Of a DNA stretch of 64,000 nt, positions 44,253-59,068 are shown piece by piece. The notes under the pieces are model-generated. The model was not told the origin of the DNA. It saw only the letters and a list, made by a program, of their open reading frames with translations, and did not search any database. The DNA comes from the human T2T-CHM13v2.0 reference genome, Homo sapiens. The DNA lies in NCBI RefSeq assembly GCF_009914755.1, contig NC_060935.1; one strand, given 5' to 3'. The stretch's first letter is position 1, and each line of letters begins with the position of its first letter. The translations under genes and the position numbers were made by a program.

Positions 44253-44579
44253 GTACTAGACTAATTTTAGATCTTGGAATCTCAGCCTTATCACCAACTG
44301 ATATAAGAGATTCTGAAATTTTGATCTCAAAGTGACCTATCTTTATAGTGTAAGATCAGTAGAGTTAGATTGTATTATCTATGTGAAAAATCAAAATAAG
44401 ATTTGGCATGAAACAACTTGTAATAGAAAATACAGACTCTTCTTATGCAAACATAAGAATCTTGGGGATACAATATTTGAAAGTGTAACTTTTAGCACAA
44501 ATTTATACAAACCATGCAGTTCTTTTACCTTACCTGTTCTAAAATTGAACCTAATATTTACTGTACAATAAACTACATA

Positions 44580-46419
44580 CAGGTTGAGCATCCAAACATC
44601 CCTAATCCAAAAATCCAAAACACCCCCAAATCTGAACCTTTTTGATTGCCAATGTGATACCACGTATTGTCGTATTTTGGTCCACATGGGTGGCCAAGAT
44701 AGTGACACCTTTGCTTTCTGATGGTTCAGTGTGCGCAAACATTGTTTCATGCACAAAATTCTTTAAAATATTATATAAAATTACCTTTGGGGTATATGTA
44801 TAAAATGTATATGAAACATAAGTGAATTTGGTGTTTAGACTTGGGTCCCATCCCCAAGATAGTTCATTTGTGTATGTGCAAATAGTCATGCACTGCATAA
44901 CGATGTTTGTCAATGACAGGTTGCACATACTACAGTGGTTCCATAAAATTATAATGAAGCTGAAAAATTCATATTGCCCGGTGACGTCTTTTGTTCATTG
45001 TAACATTTTGGTGCACACATTAGTCCTGTGTTTGCAGTGATGCTAGTGTAAACAAATCTGCGCTGCCAGTTATATAAAAGTAAAGCACATATAATTATGT
45101 ATAGTACATAATACTTGATAACCGTTCATGCTTTATGTATTTACTATATAATACCTTTTATCATTATTTTAGAGTGTACTCCTTCTAATTATATTCTTCA
45201 AAAAGTTAACTGTAAGACAGCCTCAGGCAGGTCCTTCAGGAGGTATACAAGAAGAAGGCATTGTAACCATAGGAGATGACAGCTTCACGCCTGTTACTGC
45301 CCCTAAAGACCTTCCAGTGCTGTAAGATGTGAAGGTGGAAGACTGATAATAATGATCCTGACCCTGTGGGAGGCCTAGGCTAATGTGTGCATCTGTGTCT
45401 TCATTTTTAACAAAAAAGTTTAAATAGTAAAAATTAAAATAAATTTTAAAAAGAAAAAACTTAAAAAATAATGATATAAAACTATTTTTATACTTTTTGA
45501 CTCTTATAAATAACACTTAGCTTAAAACATAAACACATTGTACAGATACGCAAAAAATCAAAAGTATAAAGTAAAAAGTGTTTATGTTTAAAACACCTGG
45601 GTTCAAGTGATCCTTCTGCCTTGGCCTCCCAGAGTGCTAGGATTACAGGCATGAGCTATTGCACTTGGCCTGACTATAGTTCTTTAATGCAGTTAACTTT
45701 ATGCAACTAGCTTTTCAGAAATTCCATTCATATAGTTCTAGTTTCCTGCTCAAAACACTTTTTACTTTATACTTTTAATTTTTTTAACTTTTTGACTTTT
45801 ATAAATAACACTTAGCTTAAAACATAAACACGAGATGTGTAAAAAATTAAAAGTATAAAATAAAAAGTTACAGTAAGCTAAGGTTAATTATTGAAGAAAA
45901 TTATTTTTAACAAATTATTGAAGCCTAAGTGTACAGTGTTTATAAAGTCTACAGTAATATATAGTAGTGTCCTAGGCCTTCACATCATTCACCACTTATT
46001 CACTGACTCACCCAGAGCAACTTGCATTCTTTCAAACTCCATTCATGGTAAGTGCCCTGAACAGGTATAGGATTTTTTTTATCTTTTATACTCTCTTTAC
46101 TGTATATTTTCTATGCATAGATACACTTACCATGTGTTCCAGTTGCCTACAGTATTCAGCACAATTACATGCTGTACAGATTTGTTTCCTAGGAGCAATA
46201 GGCTATAGCATCTAGCCTAGGTATGTAGTAGGCTATACCATCTAGGTTTGTTTAAGTACACTCTCATGTTCACACAGTGATGAAGTCACCTAATGATGCA
46301 TTTCTCAGAATGTATTCCCATCATTAAGTGATGTATGACTGTATTCCAAAATTCAAAAAAAAATTCAAAATCAAAAACACTTTGTTCCCGAGCATTTCAG
46401 ATAAGGGATACTCAACCTG
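44580..46419 (+). mobile_element. Tigger4/MER46-like element (host)
   Basis: TIRs caggttgagcatcc and ggatactcaacctg with TA on both sides; split by Tigger3. Confidence 0.85.
44885..46341 (+). mobile_element. Tigger3b/MER7-like element nested in Tigger4, internally rearranged
   Basis: gtcatgcactgcataacg...tgatgtatgactg termini at a TA of the host element. Confidence 0.85.
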
Positions 46420-46777
46420 TATATAGTATATAAAAATTAGTATATAAAAAATCTTGTCCTCAGGGAGTTTATAATTTGTGAGTACATTAGTTAACAGTTT
46501 AAAAAAAAAGCCACTTATGATGATCTATTTCTTTCGTAGTACAAATTTTTCTTAGCTCTTTTTCCTGTTAAAAATCCATTATTTTTACAATAACAGGTAA
46601 TCATTCAAACATTAACAAAAATAATTTAAAAGTCTGTGATGGAAACTTTTTCCCCAGCAACCCCAACCTTTTTTTGTATCACTAGCCCCTCTTACACTAT
46701 CATTCCTTGCCATTCCTCTTTCCCATTTCTTTACATAGAATTGCCCTCTTAACATTTTTTTCCAGTTAAAAACTTCA

Positions 46778-46867
46778 AGCTGGTCTCAAACTTCTGGGCT
46801 CAAGCAATCCACCTTCCTCGGCCTCCCAAAGCGACCAGATTACAGGCGTGAGCCATTGCATATGGCC
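46778..46867 (-). mobile_element. Alu left-arm fragment (AluJ/FLAM); second copy at 45597-45670
   Basis: Antisense Alu 5' portion. Confidence 0.8.
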
Positions 46868-46923
46868 TGGCTATAGTTCTTTAATGCAGTTAACTTTATA
46901 CAACTAACTTATTAGAAATTCCA

Positions 46924-47260
<337 letters not shown>

Positions 47261-47566
47261 TCAAAAAATTTGTTTTCGTATTACTACTATTTTCTAACAT
47301 ACTGTCATTTATTTATATTTGTTGTCTTATTCTAGTAGAATGTAAGTCCCGCAAGAGTAGTAACAATAGCCGTTACATAATAAGCATTCGATCAAACCCT
47401 TTCTGAAGGGTTGAGCGCCTATAATAGGAGAGGCACTGTAGTAGGTGTTCCTAGCATCGGCTACAATGGTATAGTGTGCCAGAAATTTGATCATTACCAA
47501 CAAGCTAGATCTTTCCCTTTTGGCTCTATAGACTGCCATAAAATTCTCACTTAAAGCTGAAGGAGT

Positions 47567-47876
<310 letters not shown>

Positions 47877-47909
47877 AAAGCTGAAGGACTTAGAAAAGTT
47901 TTCTTTCAT

Positions 47910-48048
47910 TTAATTTTGTCGTTTTGTTTTGTTGAGATGGGGTTTTGCTATGTGGCCCAGGGTGAATTTGAACTCCTGGGCTCAAGCAATCCTCCTGCCT
48001 CAGCTTCTTGAGTAGCTGGGATTACAGGCACATACCACCACACCCAGC
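47910..48048 (-). mobile_element. FLAM/AluJ monomer
   Basis: Single antisense Alu arm. Confidence 0.8.
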
Positions 48049-49639
48049 TTCTTGACATTTTATTTTAACCTTAGCCCCTAGCTCATGAGAAGTACCTTGG
48101 CTATTACTGGTGGGTCATACACTGCTATCCAATTGTCAGGAGAGTGAGGGAACACAAAACATGTATATTTAGTCTCTGGCAGCTGTGAACCATGCATGTA
48201 ATTATAGCATCATTTTTTAATTTAGGAGTATAATAAGCAAGGGAAACCAGTTTTATTGTGTCAAAATGTGTTCATATTTCCCAAAGTATATTGACCGTTC
48301 TTTCAAAATGGGAATAAAGTCGTGCACAACCAGAAAATCCCAAGCTTATATAATTGTTTTGTACATTGGGGCAGTGGGTGGGGTGGGGGGTGGGCTGCAC
48401 TGACAGTAAAATAAGATTATAATATTAGTATCTGAAAAAGAGCTATGTGACATTTTTAAGCAATTAATGGGGCAGTCTGAGCCTTGGCTGTCACAGTTAT
48501 GAGTAGACTTCAATAATAACTTCATTGACATGTTTATTATGAGGATCTCTGAAAATATATGTATAATCTGTATATATATAATGAATGTATATTTTTATAT
48601 ATACAATGAATATATATTTTCATATATATTCAGATTACATATATGATTAAGATTTATATAGTAGGAAATATTTGTTTCTTAGTTAGAAAACCAAGTATGT
48701 TTTCATATAAAGTTCTGTATATCCAGTGAGCAAAATTCTTTTATTTTTCATTTGGGATTCATTAAAAGATATTTTATTGTTAAGAATTAAAATATTCACT
48801 TGTAAATATTTAGTAACATAAATAAGCATGGTATAATGACTAGAAAATAATTGTCATTTTTGTTAGTAATGTATTTCCACATATACTTACAACTTTAATT
48901 TTAAAAGCCATCTCTACATATGAGATTTAAGATAACTCGACAGAACTTTTCCTCTCTCTGGTCCATTCATGTGAGCTATAAAAGCACATTTTCTAACTTT
49001 CTCGCCTGCAGTTTCCAATAATGTTACCAGGGAAGAAGTCTTTGTAAGGCTTTCACTGTTAGCACTTGGCAAAATTAGTAAGTTCATTTGTCCATTTAGG
49101 CTCCTTTTAATTATGTTTTTCAGCAGAGGGGATTGTTTCAATAGGAGAAATTTGGATTTGAATTATACTTGAATTTTACTATCACTATAATTTTATTAGT
49201 TTTTTTTAAAATCTCTATCACCATAGACTGAATTAAACAGTGAGGCTGTAGTTCTCCAAACCGATCAATATCTTAAACCCTTTAGACCTACTTGAGAGAA
49301 CATATTTATGTATTGATTTTCAGTTCCTGAACATGGCCCTCTAAAATTCCTGCCATTATTGATCTATTATGTGTTAAATAGTACTTGAAAACTTGATATT
49401 GCAAAATACATAAATCAAGCTCCTGTTCAGCCTACATTTTACATCTTCCTCCAAGGCTGAGAGAGGATTGCCCTAGCAACACTTCGAGTGCTCAGTAGCC
49501 ATATGCGGTATAGTATATACAGTAACCACATATGGCTGCTGAGCACATACGGGTACTATATTGTAGCTCTGCATGGAACGGTCAATTCCCTAGAAAATGT
49601 AAACATCCTTTGGTCTTCAAGGTTTTTTTTTTTTAATAA

Positions 49640-50900
49640 TGTTTAATACTTTCTATTATTAAACATTTTAAACAAATACAGAAGAGAGAGTAGTAAAATG
49701 AGTCTGCATATTTCAAGGTTTTAAGATTTAGAAACATTCCACCTTTTTCTCTTTTTTCTTGCTAAAACACATTTCAGACATCATTTTATTTTACCCCTCT
49801 ATGGTTCTGAATGTGTTTCTTTAAAAATATTTTTTTTCTTAAATATAATGTATTATCACAAATATCAAAATTAAAATTCCTTGGAATCATTTAATATTCA
49901 GTCCAAAACAATATTGACCAGTCTTCAAAAGAACTCTTTCCAGTGGTTTGTTTGAATCAGTGTCAAAATAATGAAATGAGATGCTAACATGGCATTTGGT
50001 GATGTGCCTTAAGTCTTTTTATATCTAAATCAGGTTCCACCTTTCATTTATTACCACTGTTACAGGAGTGGGGTCATTTCTCCTATAGAATGATGTACAT
50101 TCTGTATTCATCTGCTTGCTTCCTTATGTTAGTAAACTTTTGTTCCTCTGTCTCTCATTCCTTATAAATATAAATTAATTCCAAAGATCTAATTACATTG
50201 ATTTTTTTTTGTGTGGAGGGGCAACAAAAATACTTCATAAGTGGCACTGTGTTCTTCATTTTACATTGTATCATAAGGCACACACGTGTTGTTTTCTTGT
50301 TTTTAGTCATGCTAACATTGATTCATGTGTACAGGCAGTGACAGCCTCATTCCTCATGTAAAGTTTCTCATCAGTATTTCATCTAATAGATCATTGCTTG
50401 GATAACTACGGTTGCACACTGATTTTTCTAATTTTGTTATTCCTTCCACATTTATTAGCTAAAATTCTTCTGCAAAGAGGCTTCAATTAGGTCTATTTAG
50501 TTACCTGGATATTATGAAATACATTTTTTGTTGAAAATAAAGAATACCTAATTTTTTCATTTAAACTGGGAATATTCAAAAGATGCTGTTGATAGTTTCC
50601 AGCAGTGTCCAGTGACATTTTCTCTTTAAGTATCATTGTGAGCTTCTTGTATATCTAATGTTTCAGTAAATTGCATTTATTTTATTTTTCATGTGCAGTT
50701 GTCTCTGGTCTTTGGCATATATGTGACGCCTCTTAATGTTGACCTGTATATCTTTCTTTTTGCTTTTATGAGGAGGGGGTAAACCTTAATAGTGAAGTGT
50801 AGCGTCATACACAAAAATGTACAAATTTCAGAGTACAGCTTTATGAATTTTCAGTAAGTGAATAAACCTATGAAACAATCATGCAGATCAGTATAATATT
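49640..50900 (-). mobile_element. L1ME-like 3' fragments
   Basis: Degenerate antisense L1M 3' UTR sequence; boundaries approximate. Confidence 0.55.
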
Positions 50901-51363
50901 TTATGGTGATTCGTTCTCAAAAATTATGTTTGCAGTTAAATGGACCTAACACATATAGTACAAACCTTATTTTTCTTTCAATATATTGTAAACAACTGAG
51001 AACCGCTGAAGATGGCCCAGGGAGATTGTGATTCATCCACTCTTATCTAAATATATACTAATGATTGGTAAAATATAAAAAAAGGAAATCACAAACCTTA
51101 GCTGGCTTGAAATACAAGATAAGTATTACATTGTGTCAGAAACAGGACAGAAAATAAAATTATAAGTAGGGCCGGAAATACAGATAGATTGAGCTATAAG
51201 TCCAGAATTAGGAAGCAATGAAGCATGGCTTTTTTAAAGTAAAAGGAATTAGTAGTGCTAAATGTTACATAGGACTATAACCAGGCTTGTTGCTGGTCGA
51301 ATCCAGTTCTGAGGTTAGGCTCTCCATCTCCCCAATAAAAAGAGACTGAATAAAGCTGTTGCA

Positions 51364-51665
51364 GGCCTGGAGCAGTGGCTCATGCCTGTAATCCCAGCAC
51401 TTTGGGAGGCTGAGGCAAGCAGATCGCTTGAGCCCAGGTGTTTAAGACCAGCCTGAGCAACATGGAAGAACCCTGTTTCTACTACAAATACAAAAAATTA
51501 GCCAGGCCTGGTGGTGCATGCCTGTCATCCCAGCTACTCAAGAGGCTGAGGTGGGAGAATCACCTGAGTCCAGGAGATCAAGGCTGCAGTGAGTCATGAT
51601 CATGCCACTGTATTCCAGCCTGGGCAATGGGAGTGAGACCCTGCCGCAAATAACCAAACAAACAA
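51364..51665 (+). mobile_element. AluJ
   Basis: Perfect 15-bp TSD aataaagctgttgca at 51349-51363 and 51666-51680. Confidence 0.95.
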
Positions 51666-51899
51666 AATAAAGCTGTTGCAGAATCACTGATTGAGTTTAT
51701 GGCATTATAGAAATCTGTAGGCTTAAGAAAGCTGAAAGACAAAGAAATAGCCTGACTCCTTAGATGCTGAATCTCACTACCTATCCACGAGATCTGCAGT
51801 ATCCCAACATTGCCAGAACAGAACCCCCAAACTGGCATTATAAATATCGTATGTATGTAGATATGGAAGGGACAGTACAGAGGTCTATGGAGGGAAAAT

Positions 51900-54800
51900 A
51901 CTGCTCAAGATGAACCTAGAATCCAAAATCCAAAGTAAATGGGAAAAAAAATCTAATCCAAAAAGGAAAACTAACAAAATCATTCAGATGAAACAGCTAG
52001 TCAATTAGTTGTTAATTTTATAGAAAAATCTGACAAAAAAGTTAACTATTTTAGTTTCCTTGAACAGATACATGAAGGAATAACTTGCAGTACAAAATAA
52101 CAAGAACTTCTGGAGAGAAACAGGGAAAGATAATACAGTTATAGTTGAAAGTAATGTCAGAAATGAAAAATGTAGTCTTTAAATGAAAAAATTGATAGAC
52201 AAACTATACATTAGATATGATTGAAGAAGACATGATAAATTGGTTATGTTATGAGACAAAAACAATAGTTTCAGATACTCCAACCTATTTCTAAAAGGAT
52301 TTCTAGAAGTATAAAACAGAGAGAATGACAGAGAAGAGAAATTTGAAAAACTAATTCAGGAATTTTCCAGAATTGGAGAATGATGAGTTCTTGGATGAAA
52401 AGCATCTGCAAAGTACCAAAAATAATAAACAAAAGTAAATTAAAGAGGAAAATCTTCAAAGTTACCAGATAAAACATCAGATTTTCTTCCAAAGTAATCA
52501 CCATGTTGACAGCGGACTTCTCATTCACAACACTAGATGTCAGAAGACAGTAAAATAATATATTCAAATTGATGAAGAAAAATAATTGTTAAACTTTATT
52601 GCCATCTAAAATAATTCAATAATGAAAGCAATAAGAGACTTTAGGAACCCAAAGACCACAAGAATTCACCACTCACATACAGCCTCAATGAAAGCAATAT
52701 TGAAACATGTACTTCTGCAAAAAGTAAAGCCAGAGAGAAAGTAATGAACACCTAAAACAACAGTGAACCCCAAATTAACAAAATAATTTTAGTGTGTAAT
52801 TTAACTTAAATTTAAGTAGCTTAAATATTGACTGTAAAATATGTTATGCTTAAGCTGAAAATCTAAACAGCAATAATTCAATTAGATATAATGTGTTAAA
52901 ATTCATACTATGTTCAGTACTGAATACTTTAAGAATTTATTAGAAAGTTTTACACTTAATTACGCATTTAAAAGTAGATGGTAAAACACTAAAATGGATA
53001 TACAATCCATAGCAGAAAAGGAGAAAAAGCAAAAAAAGGTAAAGAGAAAAAAATATAAAATGGGAATAATACCAAATATATGACTATTGTAAACATATTA
53101 ATCCTACCAATTAAGAGAGATTATCAGACTGGGGAAAAAATAAAATCCAGTTAAATGTTACTTAAAGATATACATTTCAGTCGTGATCACGCAGATAATT
53201 TGAGAAGTGGAAAAATACAAGAAAGAAGAACTTAATGGTGAAAATGTCCTGTTTACATATCACAAGAGTAAATACTTAAAAAATGTCAGACTTTCCAAAA
53301 TCAAATTTTAAAATTTAATGCAATTTCAACCAGTATCCCAAAGTGTGTTTTGTTTTTTTTTTTAATCTGTGGCACATGAGTTTGAGTTAGCATTTGCTCA
53401 AACTAGCTCAAAACTTAGTGGCTTAGAATACCAATTTATTATTTTCTCACAATTCTGTGGGTTGCCTAGTAGATCCTTTGCTGATTTACTCAGACCCACT
53501 CTGCATCTGCATTCGGCTAGATCAGTTAGAAGGGAAGGTCCATGCTGGCCTCATTCATATATATGGCAACTGGTGCTAGCTCAGTCCTTCACATGCCCTC
53601 TCATACTGTAGGTACCTCATACTGAGGTACCTCAGTCCTTCACATGCCCTCTCATACTGTAGTAGACTAGGAGAGCTTCCTTATATGGTGGTTTCAGTGC
53701 AGCATTTCTAGAAGGCAGAGCCTTTTAAAGCCTAGCTTCAGAAGTTGCTTAAAGTCCTACCACATTCTATTGGTCAAAGCAATTTAAAAGACCAGCCCAA
53801 GTTCAAGGGGTAGAAAAGAAACTCCACGTCCTGAAGGAAGCAGCAGCCAAGCTTACTTGGCAAAGGGGTGCATATTAGGAGGAGAGGAATGTTTGACCAT
53901 ATTTTTCACTGTGTCACACTATTATTATTGTTATCATTATTAAGCAATGGCAGTTGAGACAGTATGGTGCTGGTTTAGGGAACGACAGACTAATGTAACA
54001 CAAAAAAAACAGTCCAGAAACAAACTTATGCCAGTATGGAAACTTGACACATGACAAAAGTGGAGTTGGTTACAAATTAGGGGCTTGGAAGGACTATTTG
54101 ATAAATAATTCTGAAACAATTGCTCACTCATTTAGAAAATGATAAAATTTGATCCATACTTTATATTACAAATAAAAATTGACTCTGAAGGTTTAAAAAG
54201 TTACAGAAATAAAACTGAAAGAGAAGACTTTTAGAAACAAAACACAGGAAAATATCTACTCAGGATTTCTTTAGACACAAAAGAAGTAAAAGTCTTAAAG
54301 GAAAAAGCTGATAAATTTGCTACCCTGAAATTAAAGATACCATAGAAAGTGAAAACACAGGCCACAGACTAGGAAAAGATACTAGTATCTTGTATAACTG
54401 ACAAAGGATTAGTACTTAAAACAGATAAAGGATGTTTATAGATCAATCTTTTAAAGAAAATGTCCATAGTAAGGAAAAGGTGGAGGTGGGCAAAAGATTT
54501 TAATAGGCAACTTAGATGAAGAGGAAACCTGAATGGCTAATAAACATAAGGAAAAGTACTTGTTCTTACTAGTAACTAGGAAATGAAATTAAGACCAAAA
54601 TTTGATTCCATTTCATGCTCATCAGATTGACAGAATTTTTAAGTCTCAACAGACCAAGTATTGGCAAGATTGTAGCATAATGTAAATTCTTATATATGAC
54701 AAGTAAGAGTATAGATTGATAGAGTTACTTTGGGGAATAATTTGTCAATATTAGGTAAAATTGAGATTGACCACACCTTCAACCTACCTAGAGAAATTCA

Positions 54801-55060
54801 TGCAAATGTGTATAAGGAAGTACACAGCATGGTTATTGAGGTGTTTTTTTAATAATGGTAAACAGTTGGAAATATTCACCAGCAGAAAAATGGATAAATT
54901 GTTGTATATTAACAAAATGAAATGTGCAGCTGTTGGAAATGAAAGAACAAAATGGATGCACCTTAAAACCAATAATGAAGGAAAAGAGTAGGTTGCATGT
55001 TACCCTTTATATAGAGATTGGAAACATGAAAAACAATACTATTTATTGTTTATAGATACA
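51900..55060 (+). mobile_element. Ancient L1ME-like element (ORF1, ORF2 and 3' remnants), interrupted by MLT1
   Basis: A-rich degenerate L1 sequence (gacagcggacttctca..., gccacagactaggaaaagata); boundaries approximate. Confidence 0.6.
53385..53918 (-). mobile_element. MLT1-family LTR with internal 32-bp duplication
   Basis: Contains aaaacttagtggcttag...ctcacaattctgtggg and cacattctattggtcaaagc. Confidence 0.75.
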
Positions 55061-55392
55061 GATAAAACTAAATTCAGGCCAGAATATTTTCAAAACTCTT
55101 CAAGTGACCTGTATATCCCATTAGTCATATAGTAGAAAGAATATTTAAGTATTAAATAATTATATTATCATCCCAGCTCTTTTACTAACAACAAAGTTAC
55201 TTATCTTTTCCTTGCAACAGCAACCTTACTGTAAAATTCAAGTAATGAAATCATTCAAAACAATTGGTTAAGGGATTCTCTCCTAGCACCTAAACCATTC
55301 CCTGACTGTATGTTGCTGAAAATTATCTTCACTCTTCCAATTTAGTGTTCCCTTCATTCTGAATTCTATAGTTCTTTCATTTAGTATGTTAA

Positions 55393-55732
<340 letters not shown>

Positions 55733-56484
55733 GGCACTGTACACTTTAAGTTTGTTTATATTTTGTACCAAGTTCAAATTATGATAATATAGATGTGGCT
55801 CTTAGGGCAAAGTGCCAGAAGAGCTATAAATGCCAAATACTGACTCTACATTTGTTACCTTTAGGATAGTCAGGCTAGATTAACTGCAGAAACTAAAAGA
55901 ATGAAGAGTTTCAAAGAAGAAATATGAAGATAATAATACCAAAAGAACCGTGTTTTCATTTTCAGGATTTCTTATATCTACACCAAGGTTACCTTAAAGA
56001 CATGAATTCTTTATTCTCTTTAATTCTTCTTTCATATTCATATCACATGTCGTTTTTTTCATTACACTTTCTGAACTTTATTCTATTCCTTAAAAGGTGT
56101 CAGAATTCCAGGTTGGGAATACAATGTTTGCTCTCTAATTATGCTTTTCTCCCTTCCCTCATGGAGAAAGAATAACTTTTTGGCTTTTGCCACTGTAATT
56201 CTATTACACTAATGTCAAGACACCCGCAGTTGTATAACAGATGAGATTTATATGTAATTTCAAAAATATATTTGCTAAAAATGAGAAATCAGTCTCAAAG
56301 AAGTTGACAGTGAACACTAGTCCAGGCCTTACTGACTTTATTCTCAAAGTACCATAATCTTTGTTTTCATATATTTGGAATCGGTGAACACAATGGAAAG
56401 CATAGCTCTTAAGGTAGAATAGAGTAACCTCTGACATTTGCGACTTTAATGCATATTTTCATGACATATTTGTTTCCATGGCAG

Positions 56485-56601
56485 ATCAGTGGCTTGTTAC
56501 TAGAAGGATGTAGTTTTGATGGAAATCAACTTTCTGAAAATCAGCTTGATTCTCCCAGCGTGTCATCAGTGCTCCCTTGTTTTATGGGCTGGATTCCACA
56601 G
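56485..56601 (+). CDS. DYNC2H1: DYNC2H1 coding exon (117 nt, phase 0-0, probably penultimate), ISGLLLEGCSFDGNQLSENQLDSPSVSSVLPCFMGWIPQ
   Basis: Acceptor tttgtttccatggcag at 56484 and donor GTAATA at 56602. Contains the dynein-conserved GLxLEG motif. The terminal exon is not in the window. Confidence 0.96.
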
Positions 56602-56864
56602 GTAATACATTTTTAACAAGCACAAGTTTTAATTATATCAGTTCTCTCTTAGATTTTATCTTTTCAAGAAGACATTCTTGGCCTGTGTATTTTTGTTTGC
56701 TTTCTAATCTCACCTGCATTTGAACAAATTTGCAGTCAAAAGTACTTTATCCTTTATCATGTTTAAGATGCACAAGACATTTGAAAACCTTGATTTTGTT
56801 ATAGAAAGAATAACATAGTATTAATTTCTGGAGAGTTTATAGCCTGGTAATAAAAAAGCCTTTA

Positions 56865-57065
56865 ATGATAATAAGAACTACCATGTGTTGCATTCCTCTT
56901 ATTTTCAGCAATGTGTGCTAGGTACTTTATATGCTTTACCTAAAATCCTCCTCAGAGCAGCCATGCAAGGCAGATATTATCATTCCCACTTTCAAATGAG
57001 GAAACGTGCTCACGCAGGTTAAATGACTTCTCGTAGTTAGCTACACAGAAAGTGATAGAATTAAG
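56865..57065 (-). mobile_element. MIR
   Basis: Contains attatcattcccactttcaaatgaggaaac. Confidence 0.75.
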
Positions 57066-58029
57066 GTGTTAATAGATGTATGGCTTTGTATCACACAATG
57101 TCATTATGCAGCTGATAGGTGGATGAAGAAAACAATCTTAAAGACTTATTTAGTTAACTTTTTTCCTTTCAAAACCATTATTGAAAAAACTTTCAACAGT
57201 AGAACTTGGGGTATACATGTCTTTCAAATAGGACATAGTTGTAAAGAAGCACATAACTTTTTCTTAATAAAGTTTAAGAATGCACATATGACTACATGTG
57301 AATAAACTTTAAAGTTCTGATTGTGTATCTAATGAGCAACAAAACTATTTCATATATTGCTCACTACAAGAAAAATGAGCTTTCTCATTGGGAAATAATG
57401 CATTGAATTTTCCAGTTATTGTCATTCTCCTTATAAAATAAAAATCAAATGCACCAGAGTATTTATTTAAGGAAAATCTTAAAAAGCGATAGAAGTTAGC
57501 AACATTGCCAAGACAGCTATAAGAGTATCCTCTGACCTAAAAGAGCATATGTTTCTGTCAAAATTCCCTATTTTTCCCCCATATCAGCTTCATTTTCTCC
57601 AAAATTAGAGTGACTATAAGATAAAGGAGAGAGAAGAGACTGAAAGAATCAATGTTTACTTCAATCTTGCTGTTAATTCCTATAAGAATTTTCTACAAAA
57701 ATTTGGTAAATTATGAATGACACATTTTTGTCTTAGCTGTGTAAATCAAATTGAAACTTATATACAAAAGTTAAGGTTGGAATTTGTCAAGTGTTGTGAA
57801 TATAACATACAAAATTGTTTAGGATGGCAGAGATAAATTCCAACGAATTTAAATTATATAAACTGCTAATTCTCTGGAAAATAAAATCCATATAATGATC
57901 ATGAGGAGGAAAAAAAAAAGTAGGGCAAGTATAAACAGGTTCACTTGAGGAAAAACCCAAACAATAAAAATAGAGCTTGAAGAGCAACTAAGAATAAATA
58001 TAGGAGACAATGACCTGGAGCCATACCCA

Positions 58030-58305
58030 CGTACTGAACGCAAATCAGGAATGCAGTGCTGTCATGGACAAAGCCAATCTGTTACTGGGTTGTATGAAAA
58101 GCAATGTGACTTTACAAGACTAGGAATTGATAGCTTGGCAATATTTTACTTTGTGTATTATTTCTATCCAGTTTTATTTGTCATACTTCTAAAAAGTCAG
58201 GATTGGAATAAAAAGCTAATTTAATTTGAAAAATAGCTCATATAAAGAGAGGTAAAATGAATAGAGCATTTATCCTATAGAAGAGATGACTAAAAGGTAA
58301 TATGA
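58030..58305 (+). mobile_element. L3/CR1 fragment
   Basis: Translates to KANLLLGCMKS and a degenerate F.LEKRRLRGDM-like stretch (tatcctatagaagagatgactaaaaggtaatatg). Confidence 0.6.
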
Positions 58306-58307
58306 AC

Positions 58308-59068
58308 TTTTTACTCTTTTTCTTTTTATTATTATTCTTTAAGTTTTAGGGTACATGTGCACAACGTGCAGGTTTGTTACGTATGTATACATGTGCCATG
58401 TTGGTGTGCTGCACTCATTAACTCGTCATTTAGCATTAGGTATATCTCCTAATGCTATCCCTCCCACCACCCCACAACAGTCCCTAGAGTGTGATGTTCC
58501 CCTTCCTGTGTCCATGTGTTCTCATTGTTCAATTCCCACCTATGAGTGAGAACATGTGGTGTTTGGTTTTATGTCCTTGCGATAGTTTGCTGAGAATGAT
58601 GGTTTCCAGCTTCATCCATGACCCTACAAAGGACATGAACTCATCATTTTTTATGGCTGCATAGCATTCCATGGTGTATATGTGCCAAATTTTCTTAATC
58701 CAGTCTATCGTTGTTGGACATTTAGGTTGATTCCAAGTCTTTGCTATTGTCAATAGTGCCGCTATAAACATACGTGTGCATGTGTCTTTATAGCAGCATG
58801 ATTTATAATCCTTTGGGTATATACCCAGTAATGGGATGGCTGGGTCAAATGGTATTTCTAGTTCTAGATCCCTGAGGAATCGCCACACTGACTTTCACAA
58901 TGGTTGAACTAGTTTACAGTCCCACCAACAGTGTAAAAGCATTCCTATTTCTCCACATCCTCTCCAGCACCTGTTGTTTCCTGACTTTTTAATGATCGCC
59001 ATTCTAACTGGTGTGAGATGGTATCTCATTGTGGTTTTGATTTGCATTTCTCTGATGGCCAGTGATGA
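58308..59068 (-). mobile_element. Young 5'-truncated L1PA (about PA2-4)
   Basis: Antisense 3' UTR plus ORF2 C-terminus (WRFLRDLELEIPFDPAIPLLG...SLIGGN). Confidence 0.93.

Noticed and set aside
47394-47412. Small hairpin aaccctt-tctg-aagggtt between the young Alus
   Set aside because: A 7-bp stem is within chance expectation, and terminator logic does not apply to a human intron.
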